Below, one piece after another: positions 50,701-58,666 of a stretch of 64,000 bases of DNA. The position numbers and the translations under genes were made by a program. Source of the DNA: Antedon mediterranea. Its lineage: Eukaryota > Animalia > Echinodermata. The stretch lies in assembly GCF_964355755.1 (NCBI RefSeq), contig NC_092675.1:26756912-26820911 (forward strand). Reading direction: 5' to 3'. The notes beneath the pieces were generated by a model. It was not told the DNA's origin and did no database searches. It saw only the letters and a program-made list of their open reading frames with translations. Numbering within the stretch: position 1 is the first letter of the stretch; each line of letters opens with the position of its first letter.

Positions 50701-51123
50701 ATTGTAGTCAGTTTTTCTTGAAGAATTGTAGTCAGTTTTTCTTGAAGAACTGTACAGCAGTACAAAATTTAGTAGTACAGTAAAACTAATCAACTTGGAT
50801 GCAATGCTTATCAGGGACTATTCAATTTGAGTCGGCATCAGCACATTCTTATTATAGGTGGGAGATCTGAGCATTCGACTACTCGTCCACAGGTACAGTA
50901 TGAACGTTTAAGTGAACAGTTGACTCGGTCAGTGAACTTGTGGTTAGAATAGTAGGCCAAAAAAAGAAGAAAGGTCACTCCAGAAATCATATATTACAAC
51001 GCTGTGCCAACAATGCTTTCTCCTGCCCTTTTCTCTCCCTTCATCAACCTCGCAAAAAATCTATAAATAAACTTACACTTGCATGATTGGAGTCTTGACA
51101 CTTCTAGTCTTCACATTTGCCAT
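8597..51123 (-). CDS. FAM149B1: FAM149 family protein (DUF3719; FAM149B1/FAM149A-like), whole CDS span of 13 coding exons
   Basis: Hand-spliced, phase-consistent ORF matching recalled human FAM149B1 motifs: HPLPEK, FSWEYDEFDKQAAKTVRVLFEEIDRLLYE, ECQQW..FPHLRVLGKQ, EEYLAYD, GYPPITP, VFDNVWCRV, SRNAMLPPI, SRPNTTHTF. Confidence 0.9.
8878..9080. mobile_element. Palindromic MITE with internal ~55-bp tandem duplication
   Basis: Arms cacatatgtaccacatg / catgtggtacatatgt; acatgtgacgcct.tatcatag.ccata repeated twice. Confidence 0.55.
9092..9511. mobile_element. Non-autonomous DNA transposon (MITE) with ~33-bp TIRs
   Basis: ccaaagaacttataacacaagaatctcctgttc / gaacaggagattcttgcgttataagttctttgg; both flanks tataa; internal ~85-bp tandem duplication 9199-9375. 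Confidence 0.75.
9626..9704 (-). CDS. FAM149B1: FAM149 exon 12
   Basis: cttgcag acceptor; TDTPVLRRLSTPNGLSLFKQIPPVQP; G|GTAAAC donor. Confidence 0.75.
10131..10262 (-). CDS. FAM149B1: FAM149 exon 11
   Basis: PQRSRGRISSAVHMQDD...SRPNTTHTFR; AG/GT boundaries, phase 0/0. Confidence 0.85.
10400..10550 (-). CDS. FAM149B1: FAM149 exon 10
   Basis: NNPNAAERLGSPPQRIPSPSGPWSRNAMLPPIQ; GTAAGT donor. Confidence 0.85.
10818..10997 (-). CDS. FAM149B1: FAM149 exon 9
   Basis: DDLPLPYHRPLSG...LKPID...MEDYVQGKRL; tttcag acceptor, GTAAGT donor. Confidence 0.85.
11092..11231 (-). CDS. FAM149B1: FAM149 exon 8
   Basis: TRAGTPSFGMASGFGMMTGLDGLMTINAKVIHQR; ttgttag acceptor, GTAAGT donor. Confidence 0.85.
11783..11889 (-). 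CDS. FAM149B1: FAM149 exon 7
   Basis: Poly-T gcag acceptor; DKFFIGMSHDLESRD...YPMAP; weaker GTGTGT donor fits phase 0. Confidence 0.75.
12574..12752 (-). CDS. FAM149B1: FAM149 exon 6
   Basis: RKRREGYPPITPNSSVQNGITLQVFDNVWCRVIHWLKQLV; GTAAGT donor. Confidence 0.9.
13004..13144 (-). CDS. FAM149B1: FAM149 exon 5
   Basis: LVVTGQKIEP...EEEIFESDGLVEEYLAYD; GTATGT donor. Confidence 0.9.
13667..13807 (-). CDS. FAM149B1: FAM149 exon 4
   Basis: VLGKQLTPPLDDGFEIIP...; ttgcag acceptor, GTAAGT donor. Confidence 0.9.
14103..14245 (-). CDS. FAM149B1: FAM149 exon 3 (DUF3719 core)
   Basis: EFDKQAAKTVRVLFEEIDRLLYEGQKSQSTTQLHTECQQWNLRFPHLR. Confidence 0.92.
17138..17281. mobile_element. MITE family B; related copies ~45208-45365, ~46704-46835, ~6575-6670
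   Basis: Shared tctacactatcaa..atttgggca.atcac..aaagtttgat..tgtag.cagagctt structure with inverted ends. Confidence 0.6.
17473..17501. promoter_or_regulatory. Candidate tandem RFX X-boxes
   Basis: GTTACCATGACAAC followed by ATTGTCATAGCAAT; matches the GTNRCCATGGYAAC-type consensus, in an intron of a ciliary gene. Confidence 0.35.
18127..18750. mobile_element. Kolobok-like non-autonomous DNA transposon
   Basis: TTAA|agccccattcccta ... cagggaaggggtct|TTAA: TTAA TSD, RR termini, imperfect ~15-bp TIR. Confidence 0.7.
19020..19255 (+). mobile_element. 3' end of a non-LTR retrotransposon (LINE tail)
   Basis: Ends aaacctgttagtggcggtatttatcgctgttggtttt + (AATAA)n; same tail on the 5S-SINE at 46835-47177. 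Confidence 0.55.
20278..20521 (-). CDS. FAM149B1: FAM149 exon 2 (common acceptor exon)
   Basis: tttttag acceptor, phase 2; RGISSRTENHPLPEKP...SSARSSLFSWEYD; GTAAGT donor. Confidence 0.9.
21770..21861 (-). CDS. Candidate alternative first coding exon of FAM149
   Basis: ATG-initiated MSLDMYIHYITLPRVILKTDADDATSLMVVG ending GG|GTAAGA, phase 2, in frame with exon 2. Confidence 0.5.
22461..24088. mobile_element. hAT-like non-autonomous DNA transposon (~1.6 kb)
   Basis: TIR caggcctcgaattt / aaattcgaggcctg; tcatct on both flanks; subterminal ggccttggtgccc repeats; sits inside an older inverted-repeat element (22428-24147). Confidence 0.75.
26368..26898 (+). repeat. 21-bp tandem array (GAAAATGCGAGTTGCGGGTCG), ~25 copies, left arm
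   Basis: Directly visible; source of the spurious CELRVGK ORFs. Confidence 0.95.
27500..27835 (-). mobile_element. Chimeric 5S rRNA + tRNA-derived SINE
   Basis: Minus strand: cgaagttaagcaacgttgggcccggtt..ggatgggagaccgtctagaaat..gggtgctgta (5S-like), then A-box TGGTGTAATGG and B-box GGTTCGA, core tccttaggcaagatgcttt and (AAATAC)n tail. Confidence 0.65.
29581..30147 (+). repeat. ~20-bp tandem array (A9-TCTGCGAGTT), ~26 copies plus variants
   Basis: Directly visible; shares the TGCGAGTT core with the terminal arrays. Confidence 0.95.
30935..31103 (+). repeat. 21-bp tandem array (GGAGACCCCACTATACGAAAAG-type), ~8 copies
   Basis: Directly visible. Confidence 0.9.
31582..32021 (-). repeat. 21-bp tandem array, inverted copy of the left array, ~21 copies, right arm
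   Basis: (CCGACTCGCAACTCGCACTTT)n is the reverse complement of the left unit type. Confidence 0.95.
32165..33430 (-). pseudogene. Sola2 transposase C-terminal remnant (split by a SINE, frameshifted)
   Basis: YFTDGCGSQCKNK...WNFFATSHGKSACDGIGGTVKR catalytic motifs; IPGINFFHV..TIKGTLQYH; YDGVPWIGLV..FMHPHGP..DCCWIP tail; in-frame TAG near 33378. Confidence 0.85.
32724..33075 (+). mobile_element. tRNA-derived SINE with Deu/Nin core domain
   Basis: A-box TGGCCGAGCGG, B-box GGTTCGA; core tcggataaggactataaaccgtaggtcc..ttaaagaaccc..ttcgaaaaagagtagggg; A-rich tail. Confidence 0.8.
35339..35352 (-). CDS. Candidate alternative first coding exon of FAM149 (short)
   Basis: ccATGG Kozak-like start; ATG GAG GTT GGC AA|GTAAGC, phase 2. 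Confidence 0.3.
36006..36303. repeat. Local ~75-bp direct duplication (36006-36080 / 36232-36303)
   Basis: gagatttgttgagactggagaaacttggcagaaaata.ggttttacattcgg occurs twice. Confidence 0.85.
36597..36757 (-). CDS. Candidate alternative first coding exon of FAM149
   Basis: MSLVKSLMMTLHSKDLGLGFQQRFNTRGSVKGRPPTSSSCQSDSLCCLGTVLSV ending GT|GTAGGT, phase 2. Confidence 0.5.
40418..40848. mobile_element. Degenerate hAT-like MITE; internal part homologous to ~220-510
   Basis: ggatccagg / cctggacctgcc ends; shared atgccattttaat.tcacat and aaatagcctattca blocks. Confidence 0.45.
41458..42490. mobile_element. Older Harbinger-like MITE hosting a nested MITE
   Basis: aaggccaactcagacatagtcgtgggacgaggc / gccttgtcctacgatgctgtttaagttggcctt imperfect TIRs. 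Confidence 0.6.
41608..42423. mobile_element. PIF/Harbinger-like MITE rich in AAATACGGTAT motifs
   Basis: TIR gggcctgtttctgctgcaact / agttggcagcagaaacagggcc; 3-bp TSD ATA. Confidence 0.8.
44700..44998 (-). mobile_element. Degenerate Deu/Nin-domain SINE
   Basis: ccctactcttccgaaaga..gggttctaaagtg..ggacctc..tccgagaa is the reverse complement of the core. Confidence 0.55.
46170..46520 (-). mobile_element. tRNA-derived Deu/Nin-domain SINE (same family as 32724-33075)
   Basis: Revcomp gagtggccgagcggttaag..ggttcgagg..tcggataaggactataaaccgtaggtccagtgtacac; (AAAC)n and (AATTC)n tail. Confidence 0.8.
46835..47177 (-). mobile_element. 5S rRNA-derived SINE (SINE3), 5'-truncated head
   Basis: Revcomp 47177-47088 closely follows 5S rRNA (ctcgtcagatcaccgaagttaagc..gggcctggttag..ggagacc..gggaatatcgggtgctgta), followed by a unique body, LINE-like tail and A-rich end. 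Confidence 0.8.
49436..49620. mobile_element. Palindromic MITE family A, best-preserved copy
   Basis: Near-perfect ~55-bp inverted arms taaagcgtggttcccactagaacgtaacgcaagg / ccttgcgttacgttctagtgggaaccaagcttta. Confidence 0.85.
51077..51123 (-). CDS. FAM149B1: FAM149 first coding exon
   Basis: MANVKTRSVKTPIMQV ending GT|GTAAGT, phase 2; upstream in-frame TAA; length and position match the human MISRYTRKAVPQSLEL-KGI start. Confidence 0.75.
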
Positions 51124-51399
51124 TCTTTCCTTTTCTTAATTCATGATTGACCCAAGTGTTCAACACTTTTGTAAACATCGCGATGCATGCAGCATTAACA
51201 ATGATGTTTACCGATAAAATGGCAAGCAGCTGCAAATTTTCAATGTAAATTCCAATTAATTGATGGATACATGTAGATATTCGTTGACTCTCCCTATCCT
51301 CAACCATTAGTATCAAGCTAAAAAATATCGTAAAAAGATACACTTAATTATTTATCATGGCCAGTGTTGCACGATTTACATCTTTTCATTGAAATATAT

Positions 51400-51535
51400 A
51401 AAAGGAAGGGCTAGTGTTGCCCGAAAGCTCTGCTAACTTTTCTCGCTGTTTTACTTCTCGTTTTGATTTAGCTTTTCGCTTTTATTTTGTATCTCCATTG
51501 AGATCCAGCCACTGATACCTACAGCATTGTCATTT
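51400..51535 (+). mobile_element. Possible Penelope-like element terminal fragment
   Basis: ggaagggctagtgttgcccgaaagctc (partial hammerhead-like stem II + GAAA), T-rich tract, tccagccactgatacc. Confidence 0.35.
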
Positions 51536-52562
51536 TTTTCAGTAATTTGCCTTTGGATAAATAATATTATAAATATATAATAATATAAATGAAATGGATC
51601 TGTACAGTAGGCCTACACATTGCAGATGACAATATTTATACTGTAAACTTTTTTTAATTTAATTTATTCATCCTACAGCGTACTTCGCAATTTTTACATT
51701 TAAGTTTCAATATGAAAGGTGGACATATTTTATTTATAATTATTAATACTGTATATTAATACAAAAAAAACATTTTAACTTATTACTGTAAACCCAACAA
51801 GCGCTTTAAGCACTCTGTAGGCAAGTGTTCCAAGGTCCTTGAAATAAAAAATACTGTTGTGCATTCAAAACGTTTAATCAATTACAAAATTATACAGTTG
51901 TTTGTAAATTATGTGATCAAAAATTGATATTGTATTAACTGAAATTTGACATTTTAACAAATGAAATTTGATATACTGTATTGTATCATATTTCACTCTA
52001 AACTGTCAGTATGCGGGCATGAAAACATCAAAACTCTGCCATGACTGCGAGAGGCCAGCAGGGGTACAGCCAATAATAATATTGTTGCGCTTTGCAAGAC
52101 TTTCTTTATAAACGGAAGGATCTTCTTGTGCATTTTTAATTTATTTTTTTAAACAAGACAATTTTAGAAATATTTGTAGGCCTAGCCTAGGCCTAGTTTT
52201 TATCTAATCTAGCCTAGACCTACTGTACTGCAGATTATTATTAGGATTACAATACGAAGTTTTAGGCCTACATTAAATTCTCCCTGGCTAGCTAGGCCTA
52301 GCCCTATCTCCTATGTCTAGGACAGACCTGGAAAACCACATCAGGTAGCCCTATAACAAGAGGAAATTATAGGGCTAGGCCCTCTAGGCATAGTAGATGG
52401 TCCTACGCTAGGGCATAGGCCTAGAGTAGTCTTTTTCCCAGCTCTGCTCTCTGGTCTGCCTAAACTTAAAGGCTAGCTTTCTACATGTCATAGGCCTATT
52501 CTAGCTAGGCTAGGCTAGGCTTAGCCTAGACAAAAAGATGATGAAATGATATTTCAACTTAC

Positions 52563-52750
52563 CACCACAGTAATATCTATATAATCGGATTATACAAATG
52601 CTTATAATATTATTTTTTGTTAACAATCACAGAATATTTAGCCCTGGTTACGAGCGAAAAACGTCGCTCAATTCTTCAATAGACATGTCAACAGAAAGGT
52701 CACATTCCCACGATGCGCGTTGTTGGTTGACCTGGTGATGGTTGACACTT
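52563..52750 (-). promoter_or_regulatory. Probable non-coding first exon and promoter of FAM149
   Basis: Strong GTG|GTAAGT donor at 52562; local CpG enrichment; ZNF143/Staf-like cattcccacgatgc. Confidence 0.45.
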
Positions 52751-53524
52751 TGCTCTCATTCATTAATTTTTTGTCGTAAAAAAGATTTTCTTTTTCATTT
52801 GTGACGTTTGTAAAAAGACACAAAAGATCCCTAATCCACTATAAATTTAAAACATGACATATTAAACTTTTTTTTGTATTTATAATAATATTGAATAAAC
52901 CATAAAGAAACGGAATATTCTAATACTAAATAGAGGGCGGTAGGATTATTTTTTAATCAAAAGGTAGGCTACTTCTGACATCAGTCTAACTCCAAAAAGT
53001 TTTTAGTTTCTGCTTCCCACCGCATTTAAAAAACGAATTGAAAAAAAAGGTGGGAGAGGGGAGGGGACTGATGGAAAGCAAAATAATAGCAACTATGTAC
53101 TTAGACATACACATGGTTCTGCTTTTACACTCGGACAATAATTTTAAAAGTGAATGGAAATGTAATCACGTATAAATAGAATAGAGACGTAACTTGAAAC
53201 ACTAAACATTTGCCTCCTGAACGGTATACCTCCATGCTCCTTCATAGGTCTTTGGAAAAAAAAACCCGTCAGACTAATACTAATTTAGGTTTTTATGATA
53301 CCAACCGAGTATGTAGGGCCTACGCTACACAGGTCTTCCATAATATAATTCAACTACTTGATTACTATAATTCTTCTTTTGAATCGAATAATACAAACTC
53401 ATTCATTCATTAAGATACTAAAGTACCGATTAATTTTAATGCTCACACCTTCTTTTTCTAACACGGACAATGTAATGATACCGACAATCTTAACCTTTGA
53501 GAGTTGAATCAGATGGACATACTA

Positions 53525-54500
53525 GGGTCATTCTTCAGTAAGTGTCTAAAATCGTGTCCCGATACTTTGGTGGGATAGATACTGGAAATTCATCATTAAA
53601 AAATAAAAATTCTTGGCTTATATCATAATCAACATTATTGTAAATATAATTAATTACATAAACCGAAGATGATAACATTGATATTGTTAATTTTTATAAA
53701 AATGTTTCTGGTAACCCCCTAAAACCTCATGTCCCGATACATCTTCAATTTTATGATCGCCGTATATATTTGATAGCAGGACTTTTGTTATTGAAAATAT
53801 TGTAAAAAGTTAGTTAATCATGATTTCATGCGATTTTATTCTTCAAAATACATCTCTACATACATTAAATCTAAAATGTTAAAGTTTTTGTTTGGAAAAA
53901 GCTTGTCCCGCAGTTTCGTGTCATATCCGTCACATAATTAAAATGTGCCGTCTACAGGTTAATGAACGACGGGCAAAAAAATTGATTGTGCGTTGTAAAC
54001 ATCCGAAGATATTGAAATAAAACTAGCCGCATATCATTTTCAATAAAAGAGGAAAAAAGCCAATAAAACGAGGTTTTAGAAAAATTACAGTTGCGTACCT
54101 TTATTGAATGTCATATCCGAACGGTATAGACCTCATTAAATAATTATAATTTCTGGTTTTTTTTTCAACTGGAAGTACAATTTATTCACGGTATCTAAAG
54201 TATGTAGGCCTACTCCGTCTCCGCTGTCAGACATGCCTGATTTGAAACGATAAAGATGAGGAAATCTGTGAGAATGAGAAAAAGTCGTTTCAAATTAATT
54301 AATTAAATTTCAGTATATCACCGGGCGGTTTAGAATTAATGTTCTTTGCCTGATTTGTTTATATATATAAAAGTATCTCTTCGGAGATTCCGCCTCGTGA
54401 ATAAAAATCAAAGATCTTATATACTAAAGATGGGACACTCTCGAAATTCTACGTGCAATTCACACGGAGCTCATTTTATAGGGCGCCCTCTCGCTCAAAC
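53525..54500. mobile_element. Possible one-ended DNA transposon fragment (Sola2-like terminus)
   Basis: Begins GGGTCATTC like the Sola2 element; repeated tgtcccgatac / gtcatatccg motifs; no partner TIR seen. Confidence 0.35.
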
Positions 54501-55584
54501 AAGTAGATTTATTGATATGATCAGATATGTCTTCTGTATTGTAACTGAATACTCAATTTTTTTCATCACAATAATTGCGGTAATGTGCGATTAAATTATA
54601 AATGATAGACTTATTTCCTGTACTTTGTATATCTCTATTTGTTTTAATTACTGAATATTGTTGTTATTATTGAATGTTTATCATCATCCTCAAAATCATC
54701 ATCTAGGAGTAATCATCACTCACATCACTACTACTTATTTATGCGAGTCGGTCCCTCTGGTATTAACACTAAGCGCATCGTATTCCGTTTTTGTCCTTGA
54801 TATGTTCTTCCTTTTTATCCAGCAGCAAAACAGTGCATATTAGGAAAATATATTGTCAAATAGTGTGTTATAAACAATTAAAAAAGAACAAGAAGTCACT
54901 TTTTAAAATCACTCTTCGACTATTTTATTGCAGTAATTTTTCGGAATATATTTATAAACAATCATAGGCTTAAGCCTACAGGCATGACATGAAACAGATT
55001 ATGATAGTCAATTCTGAGACAATTCATACTAGGAATACATGTACCCATCATTCGCCATGACATTCATTTATTATTATAATTTATTTAAAACCTGAGATAA
55101 CAATTAGTTATGTTATAGTAGTCTCAGTTTAAAATTAACTCAATAACTATTGCGAAATTATGCACGGGCCACCCAGAGGAAATATAGAAAATGTAGAAAC
55201 ATTGAAATAATATTTACAATTATTCAATCATCATACCAGACCGTCGTAATGATCATCATTTCTAGCCGATAATGCACAGACCGGGGCGCGTACAGACCTC
55301 CTACAACTTTGACATACCTCATAAATGTTATATTTTAATTAATTTTTTACTCTTCTTCTTATCACTGATTATGTCTCTGTTGAAGAATATATGCGTAGGT
55401 TTACGTAAGTTTCAATTAGCAATGTTTCAATTGCTGGTGAACAAAGATTCAACTTCATACCAAATCTATGTAACATGGTAGCGATTTTTAACTTTATTTT
55501 TCTGCTGATGTTTGATTTATGTATAAGTATTTGTTAAAGTTAGAAACAAAAATCTTTTCACACAGATAGATAGGACATTAACTA

Positions 55585-56775
55585 CTTGGTGTGGTGGTGG
55601 ATTTGGGACATCAAATATTGTAGGGACTGCATTCCATACAATCTTCTTGTGACCATCAGTATTTGAGATTCTTCGAAATGAATATTGCACAAGTGGCAAT
55701 TACGGTGTAAATAGGAACTTGGTTTCGTTCTCAAATCCGCGCGTCGTGTGTTCTGGGCCCATTTTGCACACCTGTAAATTAATAATTGTCTAGTGAGTTT
55801 TTGCTTTATCATAATTAACGTTTACGTTATTATAGGACATCTACGTGCATGCTAATTGATTTTCAAATTGGTTAGGGCCTAAAATCAAATACTTAAGCCT
55901 AACCTAAAACCACTAACTAACTAACTAACGGTTGAATTTCATAAATATTAAGTATAAGATTCAATTAAAAATTGTTTGTTAGGGCTACTCAACGGATAAG
56001 TAATATAACCAGGGAACAATACAAATAGTGTAATTTCACTGTTATTATAACTAATGTCCTAGCCTAATAATGATAATATTAATCATTTCATGCGTTAATA
56101 TACTGTAATGTACGTAACGGCTAGTTAAATTAAACGAAATAAAATAACCATGAGACAGAAAGCAAATATTAACCATGAGACGGAAAGCATGAAATAATCA
56201 AGATCACAATTTGTTTATATTAAGTATTATTATTATTATTTGTATAATGTAAAAAGAGGGACTAGCCTAGGCCTACAGCGACATGCCAATTGGGCTTCTT
56301 GTAGTCTTTCGACCAAATTTTTACTTATATGCCAACAATTGTAATGATATTTATTTGGTCAATAAATGTTTCTTGAATTGAAAGTTTTAAAAATTGTTTG
56401 TTAAGGGTACTAAATTTTAAAGGATAAGTAATAAAACCAGGGAACAGTGAAATTAGTGTAATTTCACTGTTATATAACTAATGTACTAGGAGTAGTAGCC
56501 TAATAATGATAATAATAATCATTTCATACGTTTATTAATAATAGGCCTACCTAGCCTAGTTTATTAAGATATGTATAAATTGAATACAGTAAAGTAAGAT
56601 TAGTCCCCAGGCCTACATAGCATATGTTAAGGTGTAGGCTACTTATTTAATTACATAAATTTACCTGTTCTTGTCTGAGAAAATTGTAAAGCTTAAGTTC
56701 TGGGTTGGCCTTTGAATTGCTTTTACAATTAATTGCAGCACAGTACATCCCTCCACTTTTTCTCTTTTCATTCAT
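55585..56775 (-). pseudogene. THAP-domain (THAP12/PRKRIR-like) pseudogene, exons 56665-56775 and ~55585-55771
   Basis: MYCAAINC...YNF / RCAKWAQNTRRADL..LCNIHF / NAVPTIFDVPNPP gives C2CH plus the AVPTIF box; frameshifts in both exons. Confidence 0.8.
55967..56535. repeat. Diverged ~130-bp direct duplication in the THAP intron (55967-56095 / 56389-56535)
   Basis: aaaattgtttgtta..ggataagtaata.aaccagggaaca..tagtgtaatttcactgtta occurs twice. Confidence 0.8.
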
Positions 56776-56873
56776 TGTTTCTTAACCATACAAACTTTGG
56801 CGCGACTCCTCAATCCCATTTTCTAAAGAATACTGCGATCGCCACGCAAAAGTTCGTTACTTGTTTCAAAGAC

Positions 56874-58666
56874 ATGGAAAACGAACAGAGCATAGATTTG
56901 AGTGACGAACAAGAAACGGAGAAGTTTACATTTGTAGTCAGACCTAGCGAAGTAATAGATAAACCTTCAACAATTCGACGACGAACTTTGAGTAGATTTG
57001 CTAAATCACGAGTTAGTGCAAGAAAAAGTCAATCTAAGCGAACTGTTAACTTTTCGTCATGTTGCAAAGATTGGTCATGCCAACGTCAGTGTGAACGAAC
57101 AAGTCCCTCGAATAGTCCTGTTCGTCGCCTGGCCGCGAACGCACGAGAGCGTCGTCGAATGGATTGTCTGAACACGGCATTTGACGACCTTCGCGCAGTT
57201 TTGCCATCACTTGGAGGGAATCAGAAGCTGTCTAATGATACATTACACATGGCAATGACGTATATAGACTGTCACATATGTTCTGTTAATATGCTAATTA
57301 TATTTGTTTGTTATTTGCAAATTATGCAAACTACGTTACGCTCGGTGAAGTAATAAAACAGTAGTTGAATTAAAAGAACCGTGTTGACGAGTCACACTTG
57401 TAATATGGTGTCAGAATAGTGGAAATTCACTCAAAATGGAATCGTTGAAATTTAAGCCTAACTTGCTCCGGTGCACCCCATCTATGTTTAGGCCACCCGC
57501 TTTTGCATGTTAGAATTAGAGTTTGGAGTACCACATCTGCCTGTGTAGCTCGTATTGCTTCTTCAATTTTTGCTTTACTCATGGGCAATATTTCGTCTAG
57601 ACTATGCACCCTATATTTCAACTGTTCAAGGGGTTGGGCATCACGATCAACCTTATCAGGATATGCTCTGCTGAGAGCATCAGCTATGTACATGTACTTT
57701 CCAGGAACATACTTAACATCAAGCTCATACTTTATCAATTTGAGCAGCATTTGTTGTATTCTAGGACTAGCTTTATGGAGTGGTTTACGTGTGATTGTTT
57801 CGAGTGGTTTATGGTCAGTGTGAACTTCAACAGCTCGGCCATATACATATTGGTAAAGTTACTCTAAATGTAAAAGTTGATAACATCCAAAATGATTATG
57901 ACTTCTTTATTACTAATGTTGATGGTCCACCTATACTTGGATTGAAAGCCTGTAGGGAGCTTGGTCTGATCAAACGTGGTAACAATATGATGTGTAGTGA
58001 TAATGTGATAAATAATAAATATGTACATGCACGAACTAAAGATTCTTTGATTCGAGAGAATCGTGATGTATTTACAGGTTTAGGTAAATATCAAGATCCT
58101 TATGACATCAAGTTGAAAAGTGGTGTTTCTCCAGTAGTCCATCCACCCCGCAGGGTGCCACTTAGTCTGCATACCAAGCTGAAAGAAAAACTTGACGATA
58201 TGGAGAAGAGGGGCGTGATTAAACGGACCGACAAACCAACAGATTGGGTCAACAGCCTAGTGATAGTGGAGAAACGAGACGGATCCTTGAGGTTGTGTTT
58301 GGATCCACGTGATTTGAACAAAGCCATTAGACGTGAACATCATATGATACCGACCTGTAAGGACGTAGTGAGTCAGCTGTCAGGTAAAATACTTTTCACT
58401 GTCTTTGACCAGAAAGATGCGTACTGGCAAGTTCCTCTTACTGACGCTAGCGCAGATATATGTACATTCAATACTCCTTTTGGACGATACAGTTTTCTAA
58501 GAATGCCATTTGGTATCTGCAGTGCTAGTGAGGTGCTACAGAAACGAAACCAGCAAATATTTGGTCATATACATATTGGTGGTATTTGTGTATAGAAAAG
58601 CAGATCGCCAACATAGACGAGCTGATAAAACTTCTAGAGAGTACTTCTAAGAAAACTATAAACTGA
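56874..58666 (+). pseudogene. Atonal-family bHLH gene interrupted by a Gypsy insertion (56874-57269 + 58619-58666)
   Basis: [49 protein letters not shown] | ELIKLLESTSKKTIN* after removing the insert and one TAGAC copy. Confidence 0.85.
57270..58613 (+). mobile_element. Rearranged Ty3/Gypsy LTR retrotransposon remnant
   Basis: TG-starting LTR 57270-57405; PBS TGGTGTCAGAA (tRNA-Leu type); RT (PPRRVP, LRLCLDPRDLNKAI, FNTPFGRYSFLRMPFGI) on +; RNase H (HQYVYGRAVEVHTDHKPL, ADALSR) on -; TSD TAGAC. Confidence 0.9.

Noticed and set aside
51400-51432. Hammerhead ribozyme (also CTGATGA at 33541 and 23822)
   Set aside because: CUGANGA box absent at 51400; the other sites lack the stems and GAAA arrangement
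56733-56873. N-terminal extension of the 206-aa bHLH ORF
   Set aside because: Begins at a non-ATG codon and overlaps THAP exon 1 antisense; first ATG is at 56874
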